Positions 40,787 through 52,284 are shown, numbered from the stretch's first letter. The stretch: DNA of 64,000 nt from an uncultured Planctomycetaceae bacterium (GCA_963785305.1 CAWAUV010000002.1:32001-96000), one strand, 5' to 3'. Numbers and translations are program-made. The notes: generated by a model not told the origin, from the letters alone.

Positions 40787-42621
40787 AGGCAATGGACGAG
40801 CAGCGGATCGAAGAACTTCTGGTGCAGTGGGATGACCAGCAGGCTCAAGGGCGAGATGTCTCGGCCGAGGAATTGTGCCAAGACAGCCCAGAATTGGTGG
40901 ACGAACTTCGGGTACGAATCCGCACGCTCAAAGCCACGTCCTGGTTGGACAAGTCGCCTTCTGAATTCATACCGAAGCCGTCGTCGGCGAACATCGCTCC
41001 CAAGTCGGTTGGCAAATATGAACTGACCGAGCTGGTCGGCGTTGGCGGGTTCGGTGAAGTCTGGAAGGCGTTTGATCCAGACCTTCAGCGTGTCGTAGCA
41101 ATCAAGATTCCCCGACGGGAACGCCTGTCAACGCTTGGACAAACCGGACAGTTCGTGGACGAGGCTCGCAAGGTCGCCCAGCTTCCTCGCCACCCCGGGA
41201 TCGTGCCTGTGTACGACGTGGGACGAGACGGTAACTCCGTTTATATCGTGTCCGACTTCATTGACGGCGGAAATCTGGCCGACCGGATGAAGCAACAGCC
41301 GCTCGACGTTCAATCCTCGCTACGCCTTGTGGCCGCTGTCGCCGATTCTCTGTACCACGCCCATCGCCATCAGGTCATTCATCGGGATATCAAGCCAGCG
41401 AATATCTTGCTTGGCAAAGACGACCAGCCATTTCTCAGCGATTTTGGAATCGCCGTCAAGGAAGACGATGCGGTGTGGCAGCGAGCCACCACGACTGGGA
41501 CGTTGGCATACATGTCGCCGGAGCAGGTAGATGGTCAGGCCGTCAACCACCAGACAGACATCTACGGCCTTGGCGTCGTACTGTATGAACTGCTCACCGG
41601 CAGAGTACCATTCGTCGGTCGGTCGCCAATGGACGTGCGTGAAGCGATCTCGGCTGGAATAGCCAAACCGCCCCGAGCAGTCAACGAGCAGATTCCGAAA
41701 GAAGTCAATCGTATCTGCCTCCAGGCAATGGCTCGGCATCCGGGCGACCGCTACTCCACCGCCAAGGATTTTGCGGACGAACTACGATCCGTATTGGACG
41801 CTGGGAAGAAAGGTCGCTGGCCGTTGGTGTTGGGTGGCTTTATCGTCCTCCTTGCTCTGATGGGATTGGTAGGGCGGTGGCTTTGGACTGCTTGGTCGGA
41901 TGCCCACCAGACGATGGCGAGGATCGATAAGCAGAACCAAGCCATGCAGAAGGAAACTGCATCGATCCTTGCTGAGGCCAGCCCGGAAAATACGATTCGA
42001 GATGTAGCCCTGCACCGAGGGCATGTGCTGTTCGATAAGCAGCGATTCAACGAGGCGTTGGCGGCTTATTCCGAGGCGATTCAGGCTGACCCGACGAGTG
42101 CCGAGGCTTTTCATCGCCGTGGCACTTGCCAGTACAACCTCGGCAATATCAAGGAAGCGATCAGCGATTACGACGAAGCGATTCGGCTGAGTCCCAAGAA
42201 CGCCGAAGCCTACAAGAATCGAGCCTTGGCGAACTTGCGGATCGGACAATTCGACGCAGCTATTGCCGATGCCGAGCAGGGATTCGGCTTCGACGCCACG
42301 GCGGGAAGGGAATATCGTGCGGCGGTGGCATTGGCCCATTCGCACCGAGGCACCCAGCACGATCACGATGGGCAACGACTGGAGGCCGTCGATGATTTTA
42401 CGAAGGCCATCGAATACGAATCGGACAATGCGGCCCTGTTCGACCAAAGAGGCTCCGCATATTTCAATCTCAACCGGCTGGAAGAAGCCATCGCCGATTT
42501 CAGCCGTGCAATCGAGCTGGACGGAACGAACGCCCAGTTTCGTGAGCACCGCAACTATGCCTATGCCGCCCAGGCCAAGGCAAAACAAGCGGAGGCAGAC
42601 GGTGAAGCAACTCGACCCTGA
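40783..42621 (+). CDS. Hanks-type Ser/Thr kinase with TM helix and C-terminal TPRs
   Basis: GVGGFGEVW, VAIK, HRDIKPAN, DFG, GTLAYMSPEQ, DIYGLG; one TM helix; multiple TPRs. Confidence 0.95.
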   Translation: MKAMDEQRIEELLVQWDDQQAQGRDVSAEELCQDSPELVDELRVRIRTLKATSWLDKSPSEFIPKPSSANIAPKSVGKYELTELVGVGGFGEVWKAFDPDLQRVVAIKIPRRERLSTLGQTGQFVDEARKVAQLPRHPGIVPVYDVGRDGNSVYIVSDFIDGGNLADRMKQQPLDVQSSLRLVAAVADSLYHAHRHQVIHRDIKPANILLGKDDQPFLSDFGIAVKEDDAVWQRATTTGTLAYMSPEQVDGQAVNHQTDIYGLGVVLYELLTGRVPFVGRSPMDVREAISAGIAKPPRAVNEQIPKEVNRICLQAMARHPGDRYSTAKDFADELRSVLDAGKKGRWPLVLGGFIVLLALMGLVGRWLWTAWSDAHQTMARIDKQNQAMQKETASILAEASPENTIRDVALHRGHVLFDKQRFNEALAAYSEAIQADPTSAEAFHRRGTCQYNLGNIKEAISDYDEAIRLSPKNAEAYKNRALANLRIGQFDAAIADAEQGFGFDATAGREYRAAVALAHSHRGTQHDHDGQRLEAVDDFTKAIEYESDNAALFDQRGSAYFNLNRLEEAIADFSRAIELDGTNAQFREHRNYAYAAQAKAKQAEADGEATRP

Positions 42622-42844
42622 CGGTGAATCAACAATCACTCGGCGAATGCTGCTGGCGGGCTTGGTCCTCTTTGCGACCTCGCCATTCGTTGGCAAGGTA
42701 CGCAGTTTCGTCTTCAAGATCAGGACCGAGAGCGGAAGCATCGTCAGCAATATCCTGATTGAGGCGAACGATCTGGATGCTGCCAAAGCCAAGCTGATGA
42801 AACGCTATCCCGGCTGCACGATCCTGGGTTCGGCCGAGAAGTGA
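42602..42844 (+). CDS. Small hypothetical protein with twin-arginine-like leader
   Basis: GGAGG RBS and GTG start; TRRMLL plus a hydrophobic stretch, then a compact domain ending KRYPGCTIL. Confidence 0.6.
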   Translation: MKQLDPDGESTITRRMLLAGLVLFATSPFVGKVRSFVFKIRTESGSIVSNILIEANDLDAAKAKLMKRYPGCTILGSAEK

Positions 42845-42877
42845 TTCGACGTTCCGCTCCTGGCCGTTCAATGTCCA

Positions 42878-43075
42878 GCCGAAATTCTTGGCCGCCACCG
42901 TCCGGTTATTGACTTGGCTTCCGCCTATGTAGATAGACGGACTCCCAGCCAACAAGTCAGGATTTCGCCCAAGCCGAACTCTTTTGGCTGCTCATCGGTA
43001 CAATTCGATAAAGGTCGATCAGCCCGACGACAACGCTCGTGAGGAGCTAAACCGGCACTCGTGCGAACGGCTGCC
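42878..43075 (+). pseudogene. Degenerate duplicate of the ECF upstream region and ECF N-terminus
   Basis: Shares gcttccgcct..agatag, ggatttcgcccaagcc and tcggtacaat with 40020..40145. Encodes DDNAREELNRHSCERL versus EDSVREELIRHSCEQL. Confidence 0.75.
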
Positions 43076-43120
43076 TTTCTGGGTTTTTATGCTTTAGGAG
43101 TCAATGATGCACAAGCTCGA

Positions 43121-44096
43121 GAAAGCAAAGGGGTCAGGACTCATTGCTTTCGGGGGCGGTTACTGGTAGGCTGGCGGTCATACCACGAGCCGACGAAGCG
43201 GGCGGCGTCTACCATGCCCTGAATCGAGCGAATGCCCGGGCCAAGATATTCCGCAACGACGCGGATTACGAAGCCTTCGAGCGCGTGCTCGGTGAAGGGC
43301 TCGCGCGGCATGCCGTCGAGTTGTTCGCTTACCAGTTGATGCCCAGCCACTGGCATTCTGGTGTTGCGTCCCTTGCACGATGGCGAGATGAGCCGCTTCT
43401 TGCGCTGGGTCACGGCCACGCACACGATGCGATACCGCGCCCATACGCACACGTCGGGCGAGGGGCATGTGTACCAAGGTCGATTCAAAAGTTTTCCGAT
43501 TCAGGACGACGCGCATTTCTTGGTGGTGTGCCGTTATGTCGAGCGAAATGCGTTGCGGGCCGACTTGGCGCCCCGCGCCGAGCAGTGGCGCTGGGGATCG
43601 CTCTGGCGGTGGCTGCAAAAAACGGAACCGCTTCCCGCCTTGTTGTCGCCTTGGCCGATCCCACGCCTGCCGAATTGGACCAAGAAAGTGAATGAGCCGC
43701 TGGCGGAACGAGAGCTCGCCGCGGTGCGCCGCGCGGCGCGGCGAGGGTCTCCGTTCGGCGAGCCGACTTGGACCGAAGCGACGGCAAGGCGCCTGCGGCT
43801 GACCTCGACCCTACGACCTCGCGGCCGTCCGCAAGTGCATTTTCCCGATACGGCTCCCGACCCTATACCAAACAATGAGTCCTGACCCGTTAGAATTTGC
43901 CGCGGTGCGCCGCGCGGCGCGGCGAGGGTCTCCGTTCGGCGAGCCGACTTGGACCGAAGCGACGGCAAGGCGCCTGCGGCTGACCTCGACCCTACGACCT
44001 CGCGGCCGTCCGCAAGTGCATTTTCCCGATACGGCTCCCGACCCTATACCAAACAATGAGTCCTGACCCGTTAGAATTTGCACGACCCGTTAGAAT
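43121..44096 (+). mobile_element. RAYT-like HUH(Y1) transposase element, copy 3 (near full length; start damaged, frameshift near 43357)
   Basis: YHALNR, MPSHWH (HUH), QGRFKSF, CRYVERN (catalytic Tyr), RPRGRP. Same termini as copies 1 and 2. Confidence 0.9.
43718..44079 (+). repeat. 181-bp exact tandem duplication of the RAYT 3' end
   Basis: 43718..43898 equals 43899..44079, followed by a further gacccgttagaat. Confidence 0.9.
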
Positions 44097-44427
44097 CTCC
44101 CGATGGCCGGCACACCCTCCCAGGATAAATTCCGACGCGCGTAACTGACCCCGCTGAAATCTACCCCCGAAAATCGTCCGTCGCCCAAACAACTCCAGTG
44201 GCGGCGATGCGCGTTACCGACCCGAATGCGGCATGGTCTTGACGTGGCCGCGGAGGACATGGGCGACGGCCGCCGAGGTTCGCCATTGTCAGCGGCTCCC
44301 ACGGGTCTGCTAATACCGAGTTCGGCGGCAATCGACGCGGAGGGGATCATTTTCCAAGTTGGACCCAGTACAACGCGCGGCTATGCTGGATAGAGGTCCG
44401 GAGGAATCGATTTCCCAGAGCCAAGCA

Positions 44428-47400
44428 ATGAACCATAAGCCCTGCCTTGATTGGCGATCCAAGATCACGTTCCGTGGCGTCTCTCAAGCCGCCAGTTTGC
44501 ATTCCCTGATACGGAGTTGGGGATACGGCCGTCGCCCATTTCTGATCCTTGCCGTGATCGCGCTCCCATGTTGGCTGCGGCCGGCGTCCGGGAATATCGC
44601 CGGGGGCGGCACGGGAGCAGGGCCAGATGTGACAGTGAGCGACAACGGCGAGACGGTGACGATGGCCAACGGCATCGCTTCGATTGTCATCGTGAAGAAG
44701 ACCGGGCGACTCAATTCGGTGGCTTACACCCATGACAACGGCGGCGCAATCGAGACCGACGAAACTCTGAGTGGCAAAGGGCAGTATTACTATGGCGGGT
44801 TCAGTCTGGGAAATGGCGTCTTTGAATACTCGCTAGCCACGGACCCGCAGACCAATGGCGGCAACTGCGTGGATGTGAAGCTGCTCAGTTCCACTGAGAA
44901 GAATGGCGTGATGGAAATTCATTTTTCCATGTTGCGCGGGTCGCCCGGCTTTTACTCCACAGCCACGATGACGCATCGAAAGCAGGATGAACCATTCGAG
45001 GTCGGCGCGTGGGGTGTAATCACCAGGGTTCCGCTGGGGTTCAATTGGCTTAGCGCGGACGACCGGCGGAGTTGGTTCATCGGCGACCCCGCGAAAAGGA
45101 AGGGCGTGACAGTGCCAGATGCACCGCACGAGATTACTGTCTGGCTCGACGGGACACGGGCCGGGCATTACGAGGACAAGTTCATCTGCGGGCAGGACCA
45201 TTCTGATTTGTGCGCCTGGGGATGGAGCAGCGTTGGAGAGAAGGGACTGAATATTGGTCGCTGGATGATGACGACCATGGAATTTAGCAATGGTGGCCCA
45301 TTGAAACGCGATGTGACGGTTGATGCCGCCAGTGGATTGGTCAATTATATGCTCTCGGGCGAAGTTGGAATGGGCTCGGATGGTTTCTTGGATCGAGGCG
45401 AGGTTTGGACGAAGACTTGCGGGCCCTGGTTCATCTATATGAACAGCGTGCCTTCGTCCGTGAAGGACCCGAAGGCGGCGGCGGACCTCCTTTTTTCAGA
45501 CGCGCGGCGCAAGCGGACGCGGAGGCGAAGGCGTGGCCTTATGCATGGTTTAAGAACGAGCATTTCATTCCTTCCTCCCGGCGCGGCGTGGTGAAGGGCA
45601 AAGTCGTCATCAACGACAGCGGGAATCCGAACGCCTCGGCGGCTGGCTTGTGGGTCGGACTTCAAAAGCAACCGCTGACGCACAAAGGCTTCCACGATTT
45701 TCAGAAGTGGTCGAAGACGTATCAATGGTGGGTAAAAACGGAAACGGATGGAAGCTTTACGATTCCGCACGTCCACGCGGGCGAGAATTACTTGCTGTGG
45801 GCATTCGGGCCGGGCGCTTTGGGGACTTTCCTCTCGCGGAAGCTCGAAGGCGGACAGCCGCCGTTCGAATGCAATTTCGCCCCGCAACCGTTCTCGGTCG
45901 ACGTGAATGCGGGAGAGACGAAGCAACTCGGCAACGTCGAGTGGACGCCGGTTCGCTTGGCCGCGACGGTGTTTGAACTGGGAACACCGAACCGCAAGTC
46001 GGACGAGTTCCGCCACGGCGAGGATTACTGGAATCCCGGCACGCCGCCGAAGCTCGGTTTTCCCACGCCGGTCTGGGGCGGGCAGATGGAGTTTCCTTTG
46101 GATTTCCCGAACGGCATGACTTACGCCGTCGGTAAGAGTCAGTGGCCGAAGGACTGGAATTACGTTTTACCCGCAATGGCCGACGCCGTTGGAAACTATC
46201 AGCCTTGCACGGGCACGATCACATTCGATCTGGCAAGGGAACCCGCGAGCGGAGTGCTGGCCTCGCTCTATCTGGCCTTAGCCGGAAACGATGGCGACAA
46301 GGTTATTGTCCGCATAAACGACACCAACCTCGGCGTTGCCGCTGGAGTAATAGCCACGCCGATCGCAATTGCTCCCATGGGTTTCGCCCCCGCGTATTCC
46401 GACACCAGCAGCATTCACTTCAGCGATCACGGCCCTTTCAGCGACGAGCGCATTACCTTTCCCGCGGACCTGCTGCGCGCGGGCAAGAACATGATCACGA
46501 TCACGATGGATACAAGAAAGATGACGGCGTTCCTGATGGTGGATTATCTGCGGTTGGAACTGCCGGGCTACGTGCCGCCTGCGCCCCCGGACGTGGCCGC
46601 GTTTCCCGGAAATAATCGTGTTTTGGTTCGGTGGCCCTTGGTTCCAGGAGCCACGAGCTACGACATCTTGCGCTCCACTAGTCGTGACTCCGGCCATGCG
46701 CCGATTGCCAGCGGCTATGTTGCTCCGGTGTGCGGCAGCGGCTCCATTCATGCGACATTTACAGACGACACGGTCGTAAATGGCACGCGGTATTATTATG
46801 CCGTGAAGTCGGTCAATCCTGGCGGGCAAAGCGTCATTTCGACATCAAACGCCGGGGTGACACCGTCGATGGAGCTCTCTCCCGTCGCTCCGCCCGCGCC
46901 GGGAGATCTTAAAATAGCCAGTTCGGGTCATCACAAAGTCGCGTTGAGTTGGAACGTCGCGCCAACGGCGAACTACTACAGCGTCTGGCGCACGACGCTC
47001 CATACGGATGGCGTCGGCGGCACATATCCCTTGCGGACCGTGCTCCTCGATGACGTGACGACGGACACGAACTACACGGACAATTCGCCGACCGATGGAA
47101 GGATTTACAGCTATCAAGTGACGGCCACGAGCGCCGCCGGGGCCAGCGGCCCGTCAACCGCGGTGACGGCGACGCCCTTGCCGGCGCCACCCGCGACCGC
47201 GCCGGAGTCACTCGCCGGAAAATGGAAGAAAACCAGGAATGGCGACGCCATCACATTGAGTTGGTTGCCTGTTCCGCGTGCGACGGGCTATGTCATTTAC
47301 CGTTCGACGGGAGCCGACCCGTCATTCAAGTGGCCCGTCAATTTTCTGACCGCGATCGTGGAAACCACTTACACCGATCAAGGCAATACCGACAAAGGCG

Positions 47401-47516
47401 CCAAGGTAAAAGGTTTAGATCATGGCGCCGACTATTCCTACCAGGTGACGGCGGTGAATGCTGGCGGCATCTCCCCTTCGACGACGGTTCATGTGGCTCC
47501 TTCGACCGGCAACTGA
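44428..47516 (+). CDS. Rhamnogalacturonan lyase (PL4-like) with C-terminal FN3 domains; frameshift near 45500
   Basis: WTKTCGPWFIY, AWPYAW, YQWWVKT..DGSFTIPHV.AG, FELGTPNR...EF.HG, DWNY, DYLRLE; three FN3-like repeats (Y.Y.V.A.N..G). Confidence 0.8.
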
Positions 47517-47539
47517 TTGTCTCAAGGCCATTCCATGAA

Positions 47540-47706
47540 CTAGTGCTTTGTCACGGCTGAAATGATAGGTAACCCCGTGTGCCATGCCCACGCCCAGCGT
47601 GGGCATGTTTTCGAGCGCCTCGCGAAGTCCTCCTGCCCACGCTGGCCCGTGGGCATGGCACACGGAACGAATCCAATCCATCATTGCAACTGTGACAAAG
47701 CACCAG
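47540..47706. mobile_element. MITE-A, second copy (inverted relative to 11709..11877)
   Basis: ctagtgctttgtcacggctgaaatga ... tcattgcaactgtgacaaagcaccag, with a REP-like hairpin doublet. Confidence 0.75.
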
Positions 47707-47784
47707 GCCCTCACTGTCCACGCGATCCTGCAATTCACACCGCGGACCGCGTCGCAAGCTCCCAGCTAACTGGGCCTGTTGATT

Positions 47785-47867
47785 TAGAGTCTATCCGGGA
47801 ACCCATGAAAGCACGCGTTTTTGCCGGCGATTTCAATGCTGGCGCCCGGTTTCCGGATAGGCTCTAA
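47785..47867. mobile_element. MITE-B-type element
   Basis: tagagtctatccggga ... ttccggataggctcta TIRs. Confidence 0.65.
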
Positions 47868-48040
47868 GTTCGACTTTTGCACTTTTAAGGGTGCTCAAAC
47901 TGGTCTTCGTAAATAGCGCGAGCCTCCGCGACAATGCTTGGGACTTCACTCTCAGGCATCGAGCAAGGAGGCTCACAGTGGAACTTGTACCCGGCTTCAT
48001 GGCGCTTTTGCAAGGGCTGTCCGCCACAATGACGGCGCCG

Positions 48041-49757
48041 GGGACCAGTTCAGCTTTTGCGGGTTGGGGGGTGGATGTGGAAACGTCAATAGGAGAATTC
48101 GGGTTTTGTGTGGTAAGCTGGGCGAGGTGGATTTGATCGGTGAACGAAACTTGCTTAAGGAGCGCTAGGCATGGACGCCGCGATGCAGGCCCGCGAGGCC
48201 AGGAGGAAGGAACTTTTGCGGGAATTGGCCGAACTGGGAATCGAGGAGATGGTCGAGCAGGGGGTGTTCCTCGGCACGCCGCACTATAGCGTCATCGAGC
48301 GGTATGCTATCACGCTCGGCCGCGAGTTGAGCCGTGAAGCCCAAGAGCGAGCGATGCGTGAAGTCGCCGCGAGCTGCCCGACGGAAGCGAACTGCCCCAC
48401 CTGCGGAGCGTCGTGCGGCGTGCAAACCGCAACGAGGCCGGTCACCAGCCTGGATGGCCGGGTCGAGGTGACCGAGACGACCGCTTACTGCGACCGCTGC
48501 CGGTGGTCTTTTTTTCCCTCAGCGGTTGACGTTGGGACTCGATAGCCGCGAGGTCACGCCCGAGTTGACGCGAGCCGTGGTCTGCCTAGCCGCGGAAGTC
48601 CGTTCGTTCAAGCGCGCGGAAGTGATCACCGAGCAAGTGCTGGGACACAAAGTTCCCTGCAGCACGATTCGGCGTTTGGTGAAACAGGTGGGCCAGGAAC
48701 TGGCCGACGGGAAGGCACTGCCGGCGCCCAGCGACAATAAAAAAGTCGTCAAGGAAGTCGTCGTGCCGGAAGCGGCGGTGGTCTCTTGCGACGGCGGCCG
48801 CATTCGCACGCGCGAGCCGGGCCGGGGACGCGGCGTCGTGCCGTCGGGCGAGAAAGGCTGGCGCGAAACGAAGAACGCTTCGTTCGAGCGAATGTCTCTC
48901 AACCCGCGGCATGTCGCGGACGAAGACGCTTGCCCCGAGTTGCCGACTTCCTTTCGCATCGCGAAAAAAGTGGCGAATATCGCGGAAAAAGCGGTTCCCC
49001 GCCTCGATTCACCCGGCGAAGAATCCGCCGCCGAGAAACCCCGCCGCGTGAAGTACGAAGGCCCGCGGCGCGTGCTGCGCACGGCGCTGAGCAGTATGTC
49101 CTGCTCGGAGGATTTCGGCCCGCTGATGCGGCGCGAAGCCCAGCGGCGCCGGTTCTACGATTCTCCTTTACGGGTCTTCCTCGGTGATGGCCTGAACTGG
49201 AACTGGTCGATCTGGAAAAAACATTTTCCGACGTTCACGCCCGTCCTCGACTTCATTCATGCGATTCAATACGTTTACCGCGCGGCGCTGGCGCTGGCCG
49301 CCAACGATGCGGAGGGTTGGTCGCTCTATCTAAAGTTCGTCACCTGGTGCTGGCAAGGCCAGGTCGATCACGTGATCGACGAGATCAAGCAAGCCTGCCT
49401 CGCCCGGGGCATCGACTGGGAAGATACGAAACCCAGTGACGCGGAGAAACCGCTCGTCGACGCCGTGCGGTACTTGACGAACAATCGCCAGCGGATGGAC
49501 TATCCCAGCTATCGCCGCCTGGGCCTGCCGGTCACCAGCGCGCCGATGGAGTCGCTGATCAAACAGATGAACCTGCGCGTGAAAGGGACCGAAATGTTCT
49601 GGGACGATCCCGACGGAGCGGAAGCGATCTTGCAGCTCCGCGCCGCAGCCCTCAGCGACGACGGCCGGCTCAAGGACTACCTCTCGCAACGCCCCGGCCA
49701 CCCCTTCCACCGCCGCTCCACCCCCCTCGCCACCGCCGCATAAGCTGAACTGGTCCC
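48041..49757 (+). mobile_element. ISKra4-like insertion sequence
   Basis: TIRs gggaccagttcagct / agctgaactggtccc and a 9-bp TSD acggcgccg. Confidence 0.9.
48171..49743 (+). CDS. ISKra4-like DDE transposase in two overlapping ORFs joined at T7-CCC (48509..48518)
   Basis: Zn-finger CPTC...YCDRC, then VSCDGG, FLGDG..WNW, LDFIHA, MDY..YR..GLPV.S..MES. Confidence 0.85.
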
Positions 49758-51084
49758 ACGGCGCCGACTTTCGCGAGTATGACGACGGTTCTGACCGGCT
49801 GGGTCTTCGCCAGTCGCCGCACGGTCACGTGCATGATCGTCGCGGCTGGCGACACGGCGAGTAAGCACTTCTCGTCGTATCACCGTTTGTTCAGCGCGGC
49901 CCGTTGGTCGCGCGACTCGCTCGGGCTGGCCATGTTCGAATTGATCCAGCCGTTTTTGGGAGACGCCGTCTTGCTGGGACTCGACGACACGCTGGCTCGC
50001 AAGCGCGGATTGACGATGTTCGGCGCCGGCATGCACCACGACCCTTTGCTCTCCAGCCGTGGCAAGGTGATTACCAACTGGGGGCATAGTTGGGTCGTGC
50101 TGGGCGTGATTGTCGAATTGCCGTTTCGCAAGGGACATTATTATTGCCTGCCGATCTTGTTTCGCCTGTACTTGAACAAGAAGAGCGCCGCCAAGCATCG
50201 GCGCCCATATCGCACCCGGCCGGAATTGGCGGTCGAGATGCTCGACGTGTTGTGCAACCACCACAAAAGCCGCCGTTTTCACGTCGTCGCCGACAGCGCC
50301 TATGGCGGTCGGAGCTTGCTCTGCTTCTTGCCGACGAATTGCGATTTGACCAGCCGACTCGTAAAGGACGCTCGCTTGTACGGGCCGCCGCCGGGGCGCG
50401 AAGCGAGAACCAATGGCCGACCGCGGAAGTTCGGCCAACGACTTCCCACGCCGGGGGCAATGCTCAAGGGACGCTGTCGTCGCGCGACCCTGAATATCTA
50501 CGGGCGGCGCGAAACAGCCCGCTTGACGGAGCAAGTGGCCCACATGCATGCCGCTCCCCAACGGCCGGTTCGCGTGGTGGCGGCACCCGCCCTCGAAGGC
50601 GGCCGCGGGCAAGAGGCATTCTATTCCACTCGCTCCGAAGCAACCGCCGAACAAGTGATCGCTTGGTACGCGATGCGCTGGAGCATCGAAGTCACGAACC
50701 ACGACAGTAAGCAATACTTGGGATTTGAACAACCGCAAGGCTGGACACATCGCGCGGTCGAGCGGACGGCTCCGATGGCCATGTTGTTGTACAGCCTGAT
50801 CGTGTTGTGGTTTGCCCGCGAGGGTCATCGCAATTGGCGTCCGATGCTCCACCCTTGGCACGCGTCGAAGACGCAACCGTCATTCGCCGACATGCTCGGC
50901 ACGCTCCGACGGCTTAGCGTGCGCCAACAGGTTTTAACGTTGGCGCCTTCAGGGGCCAGGGTCGCGAAAAATCCAACGACTCCTGGAAAACGCCGTGGCA
51001 ATGGCCGCATAAAATGCAAAAGTCGAAGTCAGTGGGAGCGATCCCAGTTGGCCCGCGTCAACCCGCCCATGCCGGTTTTCAGGA

Positions 51085-52246
51085 TCAAACTCGATCGGTC
51101 GGAGATGATTTCCGCTCCGCGCCCAGCACGCTTGATTTCAAAGGCCAGCCGCGGGGAAAGAAACGTCGCCCGCTCAGGGCGAAGCCGGTGTAGACCATGA
51201 CGAGGCCGGCGCAACTGGCCACGAAGGCCAAGGTCTGTCCCCAAAAGCCGATCAGTTCGCCCGAGTGGCCGAGCCGCGCAAGGACTCGGGCGCGAAGCTT
51301 CGGATCATCGCATGTCCAACGACCTTCCTGAACAATCGCATTGTGCGCCGGGTCGACCTTGACCGACCAGCTCGACAGCCTGATGCCGCGGCATGCCCTC
51401 GTGAACTGTAAGCGAAAGTTGTCCGGCGTTGTTCGGCGCTCCCGAGCCGTTCAGCACGATCGATGCGCCACGAGGGATAACGCTGCTTGACCGCCTGGAG
51501 CCAAGCCCCCGGGCCGGTCGCGTTGTTGGCGATCGCCGGCGGTTCGATCCTCGATACCGGCAGCGATGGAGGCAGTAGCTTGCCACCGGCGAATTCTTTC
51601 CACCACTCATTGACCGCGCCAAAAGAAAGCACGAGGCCGGTCACCGCCATGATGGCCAGCGGCGCCATGAACCAGAAGGCCAGCGCGTTGTGCCAATTCC
51701 AGTCTCGTGCCTTGCCACGCAGATCGAACCGGATTGCAATCGAGTTTCGCAGCGCCTTCCAGTGCCAATGCCTGGGCCCCCAGAGCCACGCTCCGGTCGC
51801 CATCAGAAAAACAAACCCCACGTTGGCGATCGAGACAATCCAATGGCCGGCGGGTCCGACACTGAGCGTGGTGTGCGTCGTGACATTCCACCGCAAGAAC
51901 GCCCGGGTGTTGACCGCTCCGGGCCCTAGGACTTCGCCAGTGTAGCCATTGATCAGGACGACCTTTTGCTCCGGGTAGCGAATACGCGCCGGCATGCGCG
52001 AATCCGCGAACCATTCGATGCTGGTTGGCTTGCTGGATTCAACTTTCGCCGCGCCGGCGACGAGATCGCTAGCCGGCAAGAGAGCGCAGCGGCCGCGGGC
52101 GGCATGGCCCGCGGGTCTCGCTCGGCCCAATCGATGATCTGATGCTCGAAGGCGATGACCGCGCCGGTCAGACACAGGATGAATATGACGACTCCCGCGA
52201 CGAGCCCCACCACCAGACGCGACCAGAAGAGGAGCCGACGAATCAT
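51085..52246 (-). CDS. PepSY-associated TM helix protein; several frameshifts
   Basis: MIRRLLFW.....GL.AG....LTG, RDWNWHNALAFW, and C-terminal H.GELIGFWGQ...VYTGFALS.RRF. Confidence 0.75.
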
Positions 52247-52284
52247 GACGCCGTTGCCTCGGAGCGAGGAGCAGTCTCGGAGCA

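Larger units (their letters stand above)
47868..51028 (+). mobile_element. IS701-like element, copy 2, interrupted by an ISKra4-like IS
   Basis: Same TIRs and near-identical sequence to 11958..13391. ATG is changed to GTG, and there is an extra C near 50948. Confidence 0.9.

Noticed and set aside
51029..51250. IS701 copy 2 truncating the PepSY_TM gene
   Set aside because: The PepSY C-terminus reaches its own stop at 51085, outside the IS.
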